Below are positions 62,801 to 64,000 of a DNA stretch of 64,000 bases, piece after piece. Numbering within the stretch: position 1 is the stretch's first letter; each line of letters begins with the position of its first letter. The notes under the pieces are model-generated. The model saw only the letters and a program-made list of their open reading frames with translations, did not search any database and had not been told where the DNA came from. The position numbers and the translations under genes are program-made. Location of the stretch: NCBI GenBank assembly GCA_026025075.1, contig JAPEUI010000036.1, positions 1 to 64,000 on the forward strand, given 5' to 3'. The stretch comes from Vezdaea acicularis. Its lineage: Eukaryota.

Positions 62801-64000
62801 ACGCACAGAGCCCGGGCATGCTCTCTCGTTCGATGGGGGGCCCCATCATCCCCCAGCGCATCCGCGAGGCCCTGACGACCCAAATGAAGGCCACGCGGGA
62901 GACGGGCGATGATTGGCGGGGCTAGAGGGTTCGGCTGCGCGTGGGGAGTTTCCATGCTGCTTCTCGAAGGCCCTTGGAAATGTCTCTCCGACGTCTGGTA
63001 CGGGGGCACTCGACCATGTGTCGCGACGCATGTCACAGCCGGGATGCAGGTGATGGGATGCAGGGCCTCTTGCAGCGGCCGACCGGCATCCGCCGCGTCG
63101 AGTTGCGCCAGGTCGGCGAGATGGGCGGGGCGCGATGGTCAGGGAGAAGGTTAAAGTTATGCTCACCCATCCCCGCCATCCATGTCCGTACCCGTTTCTC
63201 AGGCAGAGCAGCGCCGAGCGTGGACGTGGAACAAACACTCGTTCAAACACACTAGTGTCGCCCTGCGCCAGGGGATGCGTCCAAGTCGGAAGGGGGGGGG
63301 GAGGAAGAGAGGCACACGCACTTGGGGGTTGGGGTTGATGGGGGGTGGGCCGCCGTCGCTGACACGCCGGGGCGGAGTTCGCTTGATCCCTGCGCCTTCT
63401 CTTGCGCCTTCTAGCGTTCTTCAGGCCCCGGTCGCTCGCCCCATCCCGGATGGGAAGGGACGATGTGGCCGACCCAGACCGAATCGTGCGGACTCGGGGG
63501 AATGGAGGGGAGGGAGAGGAGGGTGTTCGGGAGACGAAGGATGCGGCGGGCCCACATTTCCTGGTCGACGACGATGGGTGTGAACGATCGGTGCACGACG
63601 GTGCCTGTGTCGGGGAACAGCAGCACCGCACCGCAACACAGGAATTGCACGTGAATCTCGGCGGGTCGTCGGTTCGCTCTCGCGTCGACTGATCGATCAA
63701 GTTTCCGTCACGGCCGGAACAGCGCCGGAGCAGCGGCGCCGGATCGGCCGCTCGTGTGGGGCGCCGCGGTCGGGAAGAAGAGGGAAGGCCCCGGTCTGGC
63801 GGCCGTTGAGCGTTGCCGATCGCATCAGGGCTGAGCGTAGACGAGGAGCGTGGAGGGGACAGCAACGAGGAGCCAAGAGCGTGGGTGGAGGGTGGTGGTG
63901 CAAACATGCGCCATCGACCACCCCCAGTCACTCTCGTGCCATGTGTGCGACGTGCGAACTGCAGCGCCGACCTTCGTCCGACCGCGAGAATCCCCCCACC

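Noticed and set aside
62022..63931. ORFs of 296 aa (+) and 361 aa (-)
   Set aside because: Low-complexity translations of GC-rich DNA with no domain or consistent splice pattern

Overview
Intron-containing genomic DNA of a filamentous ascomycete (Pezizomycotina-type short GT..CTRAY..AG introns; species not determinable). About 19 protein-coding genes can be supported: TIM17, a nucleotide-sugar-transporter-like membrane protein, a ZZ-like zinc-finger hypothetical, an Old Yellow Enzyme, a GMPPA-type mannose-1-phosphate guanylyltransferase, RAP1, a RING-H2 ligase, a secreted GPI-type protein, an ataxin-10/Ctr86-like protein, a small secreted protein, a split-barrel flavin-binding protein, CSA/ERCC8, Rrn10-like, the Moco sulfurase hxB, two Zn2Cys6 transcription factors, an ArfGAP-UBA protein, ATG1 and dolichol kinase. 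An AT-rich relic block (about 44.45-47.4 kb) holds two solo LTRs with 5-bp target-site duplications. Two observations stand out. (1) The secreted GPI-type protein at 16142-17270 carries a motif series matching a 2/2 truncated globin, suggesting a cell-surface haemoprotein. (2) An apparently empty 6-kb region holds a spliced 50-codon micro-ORF (41988-42221) built around two tandem Cdc4/Fbw7-type phosphodegron motifs, with a hairpin over its stop codon and a long repeat-rich downstream region. All gene models and family calls were made by eye, without database searches.
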